In this document: one piece after another, positions 20,001 to 29,700 of the stretch
Layout of the letters: each line of letters starts with the position of its first letter
How positions within the stretch are numbered: position 1 is the first letter of the stretch
NCBI GenBank assembly: GCA_051819805.1
Contig: JBNJHD010000002.1
Span: forward strand, 63,754 to 127,753
Direction: 5' to 3'
DNA length: 64,000 bases
Source: Nanobdellota archaeon
GTDB lineage: Archaea > Nanobdellota > Nanobdellia > Woesearchaeales > SKGA01
Position numbers and translations under genes: made by a program
Notes under the pieces: model-generated
Database searches by the model: none
Told to the model about the DNA's origin: nothing
Seen by the model: the letters and a program-made list of their open reading frames with translations, nothing else

Positions 20001-22086
20001 TGAGGTTGTTGATTATGTGTTCCGTTCTTTCAAAGCTAAGAAAGGAAACCCGCTTACGATAACTGTTCCTAATAATGACTTAAATGAAATAAGGGATTTC
20101 AGCTCGTTTGACACTCTTCATTTTGACATAGCATATAATCATAATGTGATTGAAGATCTTGTCATCGAAGCTTCAGGAGATAGTGAATGTACAATTGAAA
20201 ATATCAATCAATATTTTACTAACGGTAATAACTCTATGCGATGGCATCATGTGAGAATACCTGACTTTAAAGATAAATGTAACGCCACTAGCAGCTGGGA
20301 TTATGTGAAAAAATTTAAAATTACCACTAATAATGTTGAAACTGCAGTCTCGATAGTGCTTGATAATTTTTATCTCGAAGACACCACTGCATCTAACACT
20401 GAGAATTATTACTGTGCCGGAGACTTCGGACGATGGGTAAAAAACCTTGACGGTGATTCCGATAAAGGATTTGAAGAGCAAGCGGATAGAACTACTTATG
20501 GTGCGTATTGGTATGCCTGTGATGCGCAAGCGAGCTATTCATGGACTGGAAGGCGATGCTGCGGTGATGATACGACAAAACCTTATTACTCAACCGAGTC
20601 TTCTGACACTCAATCAAGTGGAGAATACTATTCCGATGAAGATGCGGGTTGCTTTGCAGGAGTCCCTGTAGCTAACGATATGCCTGTAGGATACGCTCTT
20701 GGTGAAGGTAAGAAGTCAGAATATAATTCTCTTTTGTTCTATAAAGGTGATTTCGTTGCTTGTACGAAACCCATGAAAAATTACTTCTCGAACTACAATC
20801 TATCATTCAATGGAACATCCTCTGAAGGTGAGTTAGTCACGAAATACAACGAATCCTTCTCGATGCCGGGAACACACATCTGCGGTCCGGACGGCATGTG
20901 GGTGGATATCGACGAGATGCCGAAAGCACGATTCATCGCATCGAAGATGCATGACCTGACATTCACCGATGATAATAAGCAAAACCAGTACGATACATAC
21001 GATATATGGTGCTCGGACTTCTCACAAGGAGTGCCTTACAACGAGACACAACTTGCAGGTGTAGGGCTTGATGAAGGATCATCGTTCATCAACGATTTCT
21101 GCACTCTTCGCTATCTCAATGATGATGGTAAAGAACGAGCACTTATCGGCTTGAGCCTGAAAGGAACGTCCATCAGCAATTTCCTCATCAACATCTCAGG
21201 ACATCTGTCGATGATGACAGATCTTGAAACTGACGAATGGGGAGAATTTTCAGAGCGTTGTCCAGAAACGGCTGAAGAAGTGAGTTCAGATCGCTTCTTT
21301 GAACCTTGCGATAATGAAGTTGATGGTATTGTCATGGCATACAATCCGAAACTGAAGATACTCTTCATTGCAGAACTTGGTACTGATAGTAATGCAGACT
21401 CATATGAGAATTTCAATGGTTTCTTCAAACCGGAAGATGGTAATATTCTCAAATACACGAAACACATCTTCAAGAGTTTCCTCGGACTCTTTGATGGATG
21501 GTTCTCAGAAGACACGAGTGAAGAATACATCACGAACAATGTCTTGATGCCATCATTTACTAATTCGACCGTTGAATGGACTCGACTTTATGTTGGAAGA
21601 CGAGATAATAAAATGATCCAAGGTCTTGTTGAGGATCAGATCATTCTTGAAGATGGTCAAGGATTCAAAGATATCTATACAATCGAATTCAGTAATTTCG
21701 CAACTCCGATGAATGAGTTTGCAGAACAATATACTGATTATGATAGTGCTCTGGAAGCAGGTTATCTTCTTGGTGAAAACAAGCAAGTCATCTCCATTGT
21801 AAACCCTGAAGCCCGTTATAAGACCTTCCAACCACCATTCGATTGGCGACGACTCACGACAGCGTTCAGGATAGATGCTTCAAAAGGAGGAGAACCGATC
21901 ACTGACGCTACTGGTGATGGCGTTGTCAATATCAACGAGCTTTGCGATAAAGATGCTGATGGCAATCCTGTCTTCAAGTTCAACCAGAGCAGTTGTCACT
22001 TCTGGAAGCCGGAAAATTATGGTGAAGGTTCAGGTAATGTGACTTGTAATAAGGGAGAGCTTGTATTTTCAAGCTGTAGTGAATAA
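17041..22086 (+). CDS. giant (1681 aa) Cys-rich secreted/surface protein with an N-terminal signal anchor
   Basis: GTG start 25-40 nt downstream of TATTTTTATAATAAC. Hydrophobic N-terminus ITIFLVLISMMMIASGVV, then a long hydrophilic ectodomain with many Cys and recurrent vicinal CC motifs (TCCGDD, GCCGDD, RCCGDD). Confidence 0.6.
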   Translation: MRVVAEFGQYFKVITIFLVLISMMMIASGVVSAIASDRFSMDEMTGVNAWSKDEPEYSDFPVCSEDSSSEQFFIINTASEKELHPITYDLCHDADDLAMNRLCDEDPEELYSRFETPYTGFVTQKSISTSSSSRCWGSSQLRMTDRRSMGILLGGYLYVTDDGAKLYVNLRNGRRKDNVRGYAHLTIHPFNTSTRTPLLTDHVDFVPVQNYYHSQKGWTNSDWGYGDVARSSSQSLDKGIYYITLVAVQRGSEHDRSSNTNEEKRVSVNLADELLSTSDGNHLDNNNYLETSKYEIKYRLLSEEEIITEYSELTDTVKDYCYAATSNPNPWNESLVGVVPTERTCCGDDQEDLGYVYGDLVCTQDGWEQQSPQEYCAQQVTGEKTSNQAVFNQYYIGYMDSLTSQDIYTESDFSDGCCGDDAESGCVKTYTSCAEVPEGDCENYGCQRTGEATGSVQCSTFYDKEGYCPGDCTRITFCHEPDNPRKPCSNEVGECPTDCFLKTTGCSGSFSCSDYYYSDYCDWDYENPACKGEIDDVDCSSLTTKNECSDETACTFYGFWTSDYAYVAGDNRYFCNKDYSEDDGVWYWDDEGSSDWKWWDAENHKYIIHEYNGVQFISNGQQWFYSSANGELDGSHGLPADNFTEFDYDTFDYPDGEEGFSCVNALETLGFNTFFDNDLDSPFEKVTVVNSSEYCGNSDGVCCKEDRDGEIGMLNAENFDFDQLKSECGSCSVKGTDLAQYLNGEGKREQFCQSYRFLTSCDVDQDQPVLEQSLRVRKDACMFNLKGCLQKSPYLDQQCADITYQDEFIGVGCSVDAPVCSVGEYIISKDVADDNEESPVACCLVNVSDMSSPTPENVCKPLDKINKDLCQNEYYGDWFSGPIGLRDYTCSSFNFKTNDDGACCIGGKWTPIHNTQKLATLASMASPEQFISYNHSGDSRFAECCNSYSTCYNAEQSSLADSSDYAYYGNGGILHTIKNFDTHNENDEVVDYVFRSFKAKKGNPLTITVPNNDLNEIRDFSSFDTLHFDIAYNHNVIEDLVIEASGDSECTIENINQYFTNGNNSMRWHHVRIPDFKDKCNATSSWDYVKKFKITTNNVETAVSIVLDNFYLEDTTASNTENYYCAGDFGRWVKNLDGDSDKGFEEQADRTTYGAYWYACDAQASYSWTGRRCCGDDTTKPYYSTESSDTQSSGEYYSDEDAGCFAGVPVANDMPVGYALGEGKKSEYNSLLFYKGDFVACTKPMKNYFSNYNLSFNGTSSEGELVTKYNESFSMPGTHICGPDGMWVDIDEMPKARFIASKMHDLTFTDDNKQNQYDTYDIWCSDFSQGVPYNETQLAGVGLDEGSSFINDFCTLRYLNDDGKERALIGLSLKGTSISNFLINISGHLSMMTDLETDEWGEFSERCPETAEEVSSDRFFEPCDNEVDGIVMAYNPKLKILFIAELGTDSNADSYENFNGFFKPEDGNILKYTKHIFKSFLGLFDGWFSEDTSEEYITNNVLMPSFTNSTVEWTRLYVGRRDNKMIQGLVEDQIILEDGQGFKDIYTIEFSNFATPMNEFAEQYTDYDSALEAGYLLGENKQVISIVNPEARYKTFQPPFDWRRLTTAFRIDASKGGEPITDATGDGVVNINELCDKDADGNPVFKFNQSSCHFWKPENYGEGSGNVTCNKGELVFSSCSE

Positions 22087-22148
22087 TCACTGTACTGTTT
22101 CATTCTTCGAAACTTTTATTAACAACATAAGAGGTAGTTATTAGTATC

Positions 22149-23030
22149 ATGAGAGCTCCAATAGCAAACAAGACGCACTATCCAAACGGCATTACGCTGC
22201 TTGATAAGACATTCGAACAACTCTTCAACCACGAGAAAGGTCCTGGTGCACTACCAATGAAACGAAGCCCTGGACTTTCGAAATCGAAAGCAAGCGTTGA
22301 GGACGTCAAAGCAGTCATCAGTCCACATGCTTCTTATGAATTGGCAGGACCATGCATGGCATGGAGCTACGGCGCTCTGGCAGAGAATGAACGACCGGAT
22401 ATCTATATCATCGTCGGACAAGCGCAAAAAAGCACTGGTGAAGGTCTATCCATGGAGACGTTCCAGACACCATACGGGGAAGTGAGAGTCGATCAGGAGT
22501 TCGCACGAGCACTGGTCGAGAAAAAACATATACTTCACAATGACAAGCTTCACCAGAAGGAGTCACTCATTGAAGTGCAACTACCTTTTTTGCAGTTCAT
22601 CAATAAACCAACTATAGAGAAAGTGAAGATACTTCCTCTATTTCTCAATACTGAAAGCAACGTCAAAGAACTAGCAGTCGATATCAAGGAAACGCTGCTC
22701 GATCAGAACAAGACGGCAAAATTCATCTTCGTCTCGAACATGACTTCATACGGACGGAGCTTCCATTTCGTACCATTCACAGAAGAAGTCAAAGAGAATA
22801 TCGCTGCAATCGACAAGAAGCTACTGCAGCCACTCAAAAGCTATGATGAAGAATGCTTCTTTGAACAAGTCAAGGAGACGATGGCACCGATATCAGGATA
22901 CAGCGCACTGCGATTATTTTTCAGGCTTTTCCAACCTAATACTATTGATCTCAACCAGTACTATCTTTCTGGAGAAATCAATGATGATTTCACCACGACG
23001 GTGAGTTTTGCCAGTGTCGTACTCCGCTGA
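22149..23030 (+). CDS. Memo-like protein (AmmeMemoRadiSam system protein B family)
   Basis: VISPHASYELAGPCMAWSYGAL and the hallmark HQKESLIEVQLPFLQF match the conserved EHS-E-QLPFL motif of the MEMO1/UPF0103 family. Confidence 0.65.
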   Translation: MRAPIANKTHYPNGITLLDKTFEQLFNHEKGPGALPMKRSPGLSKSKASVEDVKAVISPHASYELAGPCMAWSYGALAENERPDIYIIVGQAQKSTGEGLSMETFQTPYGEVRVDQEFARALVEKKHILHNDKLHQKESLIEVQLPFLQFINKPTIEKVKILPLFLNTESNVKELAVDIKETLLDQNKTAKFIFVSNMTSYGRSFHFVPFTEEVKENIAAIDKKLLQPLKSYDEECFFEQVKETMAPISGYSALRLFFRLFQPNTIDLNQYYLSGEINDDFTTTVSFASVVLR

Positions 23031-23100
23031 ACTAGCGGTTAGTTTTTTTTCTCAAGACAAAACTTTAAAAAGATAGTTCGCTCCAAACTATCTCAGGGCA

Positions 23101-26100
23101 ATGAGAACAAAAGGACAAGCGACGATCTTTGTCATACTGGGTATAGTGATACTTCTAGTTGTCATGCTGCTACTGTCAGCGCAACAGAAGATCATAGAGC
23201 AGCGCCTCCAACAAGAAGCTGAAGATTCCATACAAGATTTTGTCCAACTCTATTCTATCAATCACTATGTGACAAGCTGTATGGACACTGTGACTACAGA
23301 TGGTCTGACTCTGCTCGGAGAACAAGGGGGAGTGATCTATGAAAGCCAGGGAGGACTGACGCCTGACCCTTCAAGTGAACCATCGATTAAAGGAGTGCAT
23401 TACCTCCCTTACGATCATGAATACACGTCGTATAACAGTAATGGTGAGGAACAGACTTTCATTGACAGAAGAAACGTTTCATATGCAATCAAAGAATTTA
23501 TCGAATGTCACTCAGCATTATATTATTCTCCAGTCCCAGTCGATCTGGATGATGAAAATACTAGTTATTATCCTGTCAAGAATACTTATTTCAAAGATTA
23601 TCAACGACTATATGTGAATTTCTTCTTCGATACACCACCAGGTTGTATGGGTTCTAATCCGAAATATCGCTTCAGCGGTTATCTCGGTGCGAATCTTATC
23701 CCTAAACTATGTTATTTCAACGGAAGCAACAAGCCCTACGAAGAGGATGATACTTACGATCCTTTAGAACAAACAGATCCGTGCAGATGGCAGTATTACG
23801 ATAACAAGGATGATCCCACATCAATGCAGCGACAACTTGAAACGTATGTTGAAAATAATATAGGGAACTGTGTTGATATGACTATTTTCACGAAACGAGT
23901 AGGCAACATTACTGTCGATAAGGAAGCTATCAAGGCAGAAAGTATCTTACAGGATCCCAATGGACTTCTCATGAAAGTCCATTACCCCTTTGATGTCATT
24001 CTCTCAAACGGTAACACTTACAATCATGAAGTAGCGTTCCAGAAAGAATTCGATGTTAACATAAAAACACTCTATGCTTACCTCTTCGATCTCTTCACGA
24101 AGATGGTGAGGCAACCATCATTCGATCTCATGAAGGACTGGAATGTCTCAAATGAGACGACGAACAGGTATTTTCACTCTACATTTGAACTTGATTATGA
24201 TACTCAAGCATGCGCTGACTGCTCGTCACGAGGAGTGCTTGATGATATCATCACACTTACAGATAGGGGATCGCTTCTTGACAGGAAACCATTCTCGATG
24301 ACCTTCGCCATCCAGAACAGAAAACCAGTACTTAATTATCTCAATGACGAACTCGTCACAAGCGAATATGATGGGGTGGAACTCGATTACCAATTCTTCA
24401 CGAACTCAACCATAACATTTGATCCCGAAGCGATTGATCCGGATTATGATAATGTGACATATATCTATAAGGGCTGGAAAGAAGAGTATGATGAAATACT
24501 GAATTATACTTGTTGTCAAGAAACCAATGATTGTTCTCTTGAAACTTATCATGAATCTGACTGTTATACTCTTCAAGAAGATGCAAAACCTCTCAATTGG
24601 TCAAATTCAATTCTCTTCCAAAAAACAGGGAGGATGGCAAGTTATCAGAGCAACATCAATGATACGGGTTATCACGAGGTCACGCTCGTGGTGGAAGACG
24701 AGCATGGTCGTAAGGATTTCCAGATCATCAAGCTCATCATCTTTGACCTTCCACGAGCACTTCTCAAGATGGCGAACTTCTATGACGATGTCAATAATAG
24801 CTTTGCTTCAGTAGAGGACCTTTATCTTTTCAACGGTACAGCATCCAATGCTTCAAACCTTCTCGATGGAGAGATAGATAATTATATCTTCAGAGATAAA
24901 ACTGAAGGATTCATCAAAAACACGAGCGAAGGTTATGTGCTCATTGAAGATAAACCTGCTTCATTCTCGAATATGAGTCTGTTCAATTTCACAAAGGATG
25001 CACTCGATGATCATCAATCCTTGCGTCATGAGATCAGTCTGATCGTAGAACAGAATGATATGGGGATAAAAGCGACAAGCTCTCCAGTTTCAGACTTCAT
25101 CAACGTCACGCAGTGCCTGCCTCATGGTTTTTTCATTCCAGAAGAAGATGAAGATCATAGTTCATTCTCACAAGAGTATTATAGGATTCCGGATATTGAG
25201 GCTGATGAGGCTCGTGAGATCGAGTATTACTGGGAGTTCGAGGATGATGATCCATATCAAGTGCCTCACGTGTGCTGTAAGCCGTTCGATCTTACCCAAG
25301 AAGCTCCAAATATCACAGGAGGGACATGGATAGATGATAAGACTGTATGTTTTGAAAAAACCTTCAACACGACCTATCCTTCTCTTGACCTGTCAGAACC
25401 GTACGCGTATCTCGCCGGTGCATGGCTTGATATTGGAGACGGACAGTTGAAACCATACACGTACGAGCGCTACGATAATATATATGGTGATGCTCTTTCA
25501 GATCTTTATATGTCGGGCTTCCCTGAAAATGCTGAAAATCTCGATGCTGACGATATCAACAATATCTATGAAGTCTCATACAAGCACAAGTGCAGTGGAT
25601 CAAGTGGTAAGATGTGCGCGGGAGAGCTCGATGTCGACTGGAATGTTATTGATGAGTGTAATGATCTTGAGAATGATGCTTCTGACTTGCTTGGAGCAAA
25701 GGATCCTGTTGCGCGATGCCAAGGACCTGGAATGGAAGGTAATGATGAACCGTTCACCCAACGAAAAGCAGGACAAGACCTCAATGGGGGGCTCGTGTGC
25801 GCAAACTTCACCGGAAAAAGCAATTATGAGAAGGATGTGTTGGCAGTGACTGCTGATAATTATGACGATTTTTCGTATTTTAATCTAGATAACGACGACG
25901 CTCAATTGATAGAAGAAGGGTATTGTGCACAACCAGAAAATGGTTTGAGTATTGATGCAGATGATGCTTCTATTGAAATATCATCGCATGGAAAAGGTCC
26001 ATTCACTTGTCAAGCGATATGTGCAGATGGCGCGTGCGGATATTATAATTATGAATTCTGTGCTTGCGGTTCAGATGGCGATTCTGAATGTGAAGATATT

Positions 26101-26631
26101 CCTGCAAGCAAACTCTTCGTTGATGGTAAGACGTACGAGGTCTGTATAGATACGTCTGGGAAGACTTCTTGTGACAGCTCCTGTGATGCTAACAGACCCA
26201 GTTCTTCAAAAGGAGCTTGCTACTGCGCCACTGTAGGGAATGTCGGTGATACTGTTTCTGAAGATCGTGAAGTGGATGCATATTTCAAATCACTTAGTGC
26301 AATCTATAAAGATGGTTCGTTCCATAAATTGACAGCATACCCTTCATTTATTTCTACACCATCTTGCTGCTATAAAGACGGCCAGATTTTCACATCAGAA
26401 GAAGAGGAAAAAGTATGTTATGATGGCAAGGTGTACACTGAAGGTCGAATCGATAACGATATCACTAATGCGGACTTATTAGCTTCAGAAGGTAAGATCC
26501 ATTGCTGTGGAGAAACGAGTGATCTTGGTTACTGCACTCCCTATGAGTATGGATCTTCGATAACTGTCGGTTCTGACCTTTTCAAGTGCGAGAAAGATCC
26601 TATCTTCGGTTCTCGTTGGATTGACCAATAA
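23101..26631 (+). CDS. giant (1176 aa) secreted/surface protein with a class III-like signal (TKG|QATIFVILGIVILLVV)
   Basis: KG-Q cleavage-type N-terminus plus a hydrophobic helix. The C-terminal third is Cys-rich with vicinal CC motifs. Confidence 0.6.
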   Translation: MRTKGQATIFVILGIVILLVVMLLLSAQQKIIEQRLQQEAEDSIQDFVQLYSINHYVTSCMDTVTTDGLTLLGEQGGVIYESQGGLTPDPSSEPSIKGVHYLPYDHEYTSYNSNGEEQTFIDRRNVSYAIKEFIECHSALYYSPVPVDLDDENTSYYPVKNTYFKDYQRLYVNFFFDTPPGCMGSNPKYRFSGYLGANLIPKLCYFNGSNKPYEEDDTYDPLEQTDPCRWQYYDNKDDPTSMQRQLETYVENNIGNCVDMTIFTKRVGNITVDKEAIKAESILQDPNGLLMKVHYPFDVILSNGNTYNHEVAFQKEFDVNIKTLYAYLFDLFTKMVRQPSFDLMKDWNVSNETTNRYFHSTFELDYDTQACADCSSRGVLDDIITLTDRGSLLDRKPFSMTFAIQNRKPVLNYLNDELVTSEYDGVELDYQFFTNSTITFDPEAIDPDYDNVTYIYKGWKEEYDEILNYTCCQETNDCSLETYHESDCYTLQEDAKPLNWSNSILFQKTGRMASYQSNINDTGYHEVTLVVEDEHGRKDFQIIKLIIFDLPRALLKMANFYDDVNNSFASVEDLYLFNGTASNASNLLDGEIDNYIFRDKTEGFIKNTSEGYVLIEDKPASFSNMSLFNFTKDALDDHQSLRHEISLIVEQNDMGIKATSSPVSDFINVTQCLPHGFFIPEEDEDHSSFSQEYYRIPDIEADEAREIEYYWEFEDDDPYQVPHVCCKPFDLTQEAPNITGGTWIDDKTVCFEKTFNTTYPSLDLSEPYAYLAGAWLDIGDGQLKPYTYERYDNIYGDALSDLYMSGFPENAENLDADDINNIYEVSYKHKCSGSSGKMCAGELDVDWNVIDECNDLENDASDLLGAKDPVARCQGPGMEGNDEPFTQRKAGQDLNGGLVCANFTGKSNYEKDVLAVTADNYDDFSYFNLDNDDAQLIEEGYCAQPENGLSIDADDASIEISSHGKGPFTCQAICADGACGYYNYEFCACGSDGDSECEDIPASKLFVDGKTYEVCIDTSGKTSCDSSCDANRPSSSKGACYCATVGNVGDTVSEDREVDAYFKSLSAIYKDGSFHKLTAYPSFISTPSCCYKDGQIFTSEEEEKVCYDGKVYTEGRIDNDITNADLLASEGKIHCCGETSDLGYCTPYEYGSSITVGSDLFKCEKDPIFGSRWIDQ

Positions 26632-26723
26632 AAGGTCAAAACATTTATAAAGAGGTTGTGGTTAAATTACCATAATCGAGGCATCTATGAGGGTAAGTTG
26701 CCTCCACTGTACAGTTAATAAAG

Positions 26724-29700
26724 GTGTGTCGTGTGGTGAAAAAACAATTATTCATATCTCTAGGGCTCTTAACACTAGTATTCGTTCTATTCTCAACAAT
26801 TGTTACAGCAGACATCTGCGTTCCATCATACATCGATATTGATGGAGTGTCAGGCACACAACAGACACTATCATACCCTCAAAGTAATAGCTGTCCGCCG
26901 ATGCACGAGTTAGTGGAAGGAGACTTGAGAGAGGATAAGGAAACACTTGAAAGGACTTCTTGTTGTTGCGATTGTTCTGACGATTATGAAGTTCTGCGTT
27001 TTGGCGCACCAAGTGGTTATGAACACCTTGTTTCAACAACGTACTGCACTGAAAAAGGTTTTGATGTAGGAGTTACAGATGAAACTAATTGCACCATTTC
27101 ATGTAAGAATGAATGTGATGGCAATCAACAAGTTCTTATCGAAGAATCAGATCTCTACCATGTTGTTTCAGGATATGTCTTTAGTGCAGCAGATAGTGAT
27201 CCTCTTGCCAACATTTCCGTATTCGCCCTCGATCAAGGAGATGACGTGATTGTGGAAGCGAAGACGGATGCAGAAGGTTTCTATAACTTAAGCTCAGTAC
27301 CTGGAGTTCAGAACGGAGAGAATAAATTCTTGGCAATGACATCATCAACTCACGAATTAACATGCGAGGATAATATTGAGAACGTGGAATTAACAGAAGA
27401 TACTGAACTGAACTTCACGATGAGCAGTTGTCAACAAAATCCTGATTATTGTATGCCTGACTGGGAAATCGGAGAGTGGGGCGAATGCAAACCATACTTC
27501 AGCCAAGGATTCGATGGTCAATACATGCAGAGAAGATCGGTGATAGACCTCAATGAATGCGACAGATCATCAGGAAAACCGGAAAACTGGAGACTCTGCG
27601 AAGGAACAGTAGTTATGCCCAACTGCGGCAATGGGGAACTTGAAGAAGGTGAATTCTGTGATCCTGCAACACAAGAAGGAAGTGAGATCTTCAAATTACC
27701 TGATGGTGATACTGTCACTCAAGTCACATGCAAAGATATTCTTGGAGAAGGATACAGCGATGATGAACTGATAACCTGCACGGATACATGCAATTATAAT
27801 TATGATTCATGCACGCCTGTTTGTGGTTTCTACTGTGACCGGAAAGAAGAATGCGCTATGGAAGAATGCGAATCACTCTGTGAAGGAGAACCACTGTGCG
27901 GCAACGAGTGCGAGGGACAAAAACCAGTATTTCTTCCAGTCAACGATAGTGTGGACTTTTCAACAACGAGAAACATCTTCGACTTGTACAATACTACTGT
28001 CTTAGCGCCAGATCACTATCCAGGAATCAGATATTTCGATCAATCAACAGATGTAGAACTCACATGGAGGTTCAACGGAACTTGTGAAGATGAGATTCTC
28101 GCATATCAAGTGGTCTATTGCGAAGAAAATGCACGCTCACAAGAATGCCAAGGAGATACTCGCCAGAAAATCGAAGTGCCGAAAGGACAATTCCAATATT
28201 TGGTTGAAGGAATTCTTGAACCAAAAACATCCTATTGCTACAATGTCTGTGCTATCCAACGAGATGGAAGCACAAGCTGTGCGTATGAAGAAGGCTCGCT
28301 TCCTTGTTTCAACTCCGGAGAAGAGTATTGCATGGAAGAACACCCACCAGGGTATAACTGCGAAGAACACGATGATGGTGAATACGCACCAACAGGATGT
28401 CTTATAAAAGAATTCAAAGGGTACGGGAGAGAACCAATCTCATTTACCAATCATAGTTATGAAGTGGCAGTGACTTGCGAGCAAGGAGAAGTCTGTGTCG
28501 AAACAGAATATGATCCTCTTAACGATGGAGGTGGCGAGAAATTAGGAGCAATGTGCAAAGCACCGCTCAACTGCAGCACCTGCAATGGTATGTTCGGTCT
28601 ATACAGTTCAGTGCCGGGAAAAAGAATAACATATACAAACGATAATGATCAAGAAAAAAAAGTATCATGTAACAAGTTCATCAATCCAACTCCAGAACAA
28701 TTCTCGACGAACTGGGCAGGTCTTTGTTATTATGACACGTCACGAACATCATTTGACTACTTCGATCAATGTATGAAAGTAGATTCTTGTTATGATTATA
28801 AATCAGAACAAGCTTGCGCTAACGATCCTTGTAATAAGATGGATGGTGCTTGCCAATGGAGTTTTTATTCTGAAGAATCAGGGATTGGTGTGTGCAAACC
28901 AATCGACGAGCAATATGAAGAGTGCGGACGATGTGATGCTGATTCTCCGCTAGGATTCTGCAATGAACATATTTGTGAGAACAACTATGGGAACTGTTAT
29001 TATCGAGAACCTTCAAAAAATACTATTGATCAATCAGAAGAGAATATACTCGTATCACTTCTAGGGATATCGTACCAAAACGAACGTTATGATGATGAAC
29101 TAATACCGACTTGCATCAACAAGAAAGATATGGCTTGCCATCTCTATCAAAATGAGAAGGATTGTATCAACGATTCAGCAAATACATCTATTGATGTGAC
29201 CTATGAAGGAATGACTCCTCTATATGGAACTAATGAGTTGATGTTCGCATCACAAGACAGGTATGGGTTCGGTAGATGCGCATGGTCGGAAAGTGAAGAT
29301 GAACCTGATTTCAGTGGTTGTCACAAGAATTCTGATAACCGATATAACGACTCATTATCGTGGTCAGGTTTTACGCAAGGTGATTGTTACTCCACAGCAT
29401 ATTCTTCAGATCTTCGATGCTTACAGGATGTAACTCCACCAAATACTATGCTCATATTACGAAAACCACCGCAAAATCAGAACTACCTAGGACTTCCCAC
29501 TTACGGTATCAATGAGTTGGCGAATCTCACCTTCAGTGTCGATGACGATACTTGGGCAGCAGATGAGTCCACAACGTACTTCTCAATATTATCAGAACAA
29601 GAATGTCCTGCAGAGTGCTATGATTTTACCTGCAATAACATGAATGATCAAGAATGCATTAGAACGGCGAATAATTGTAAAGAACAAGGATGCGGAGTAT

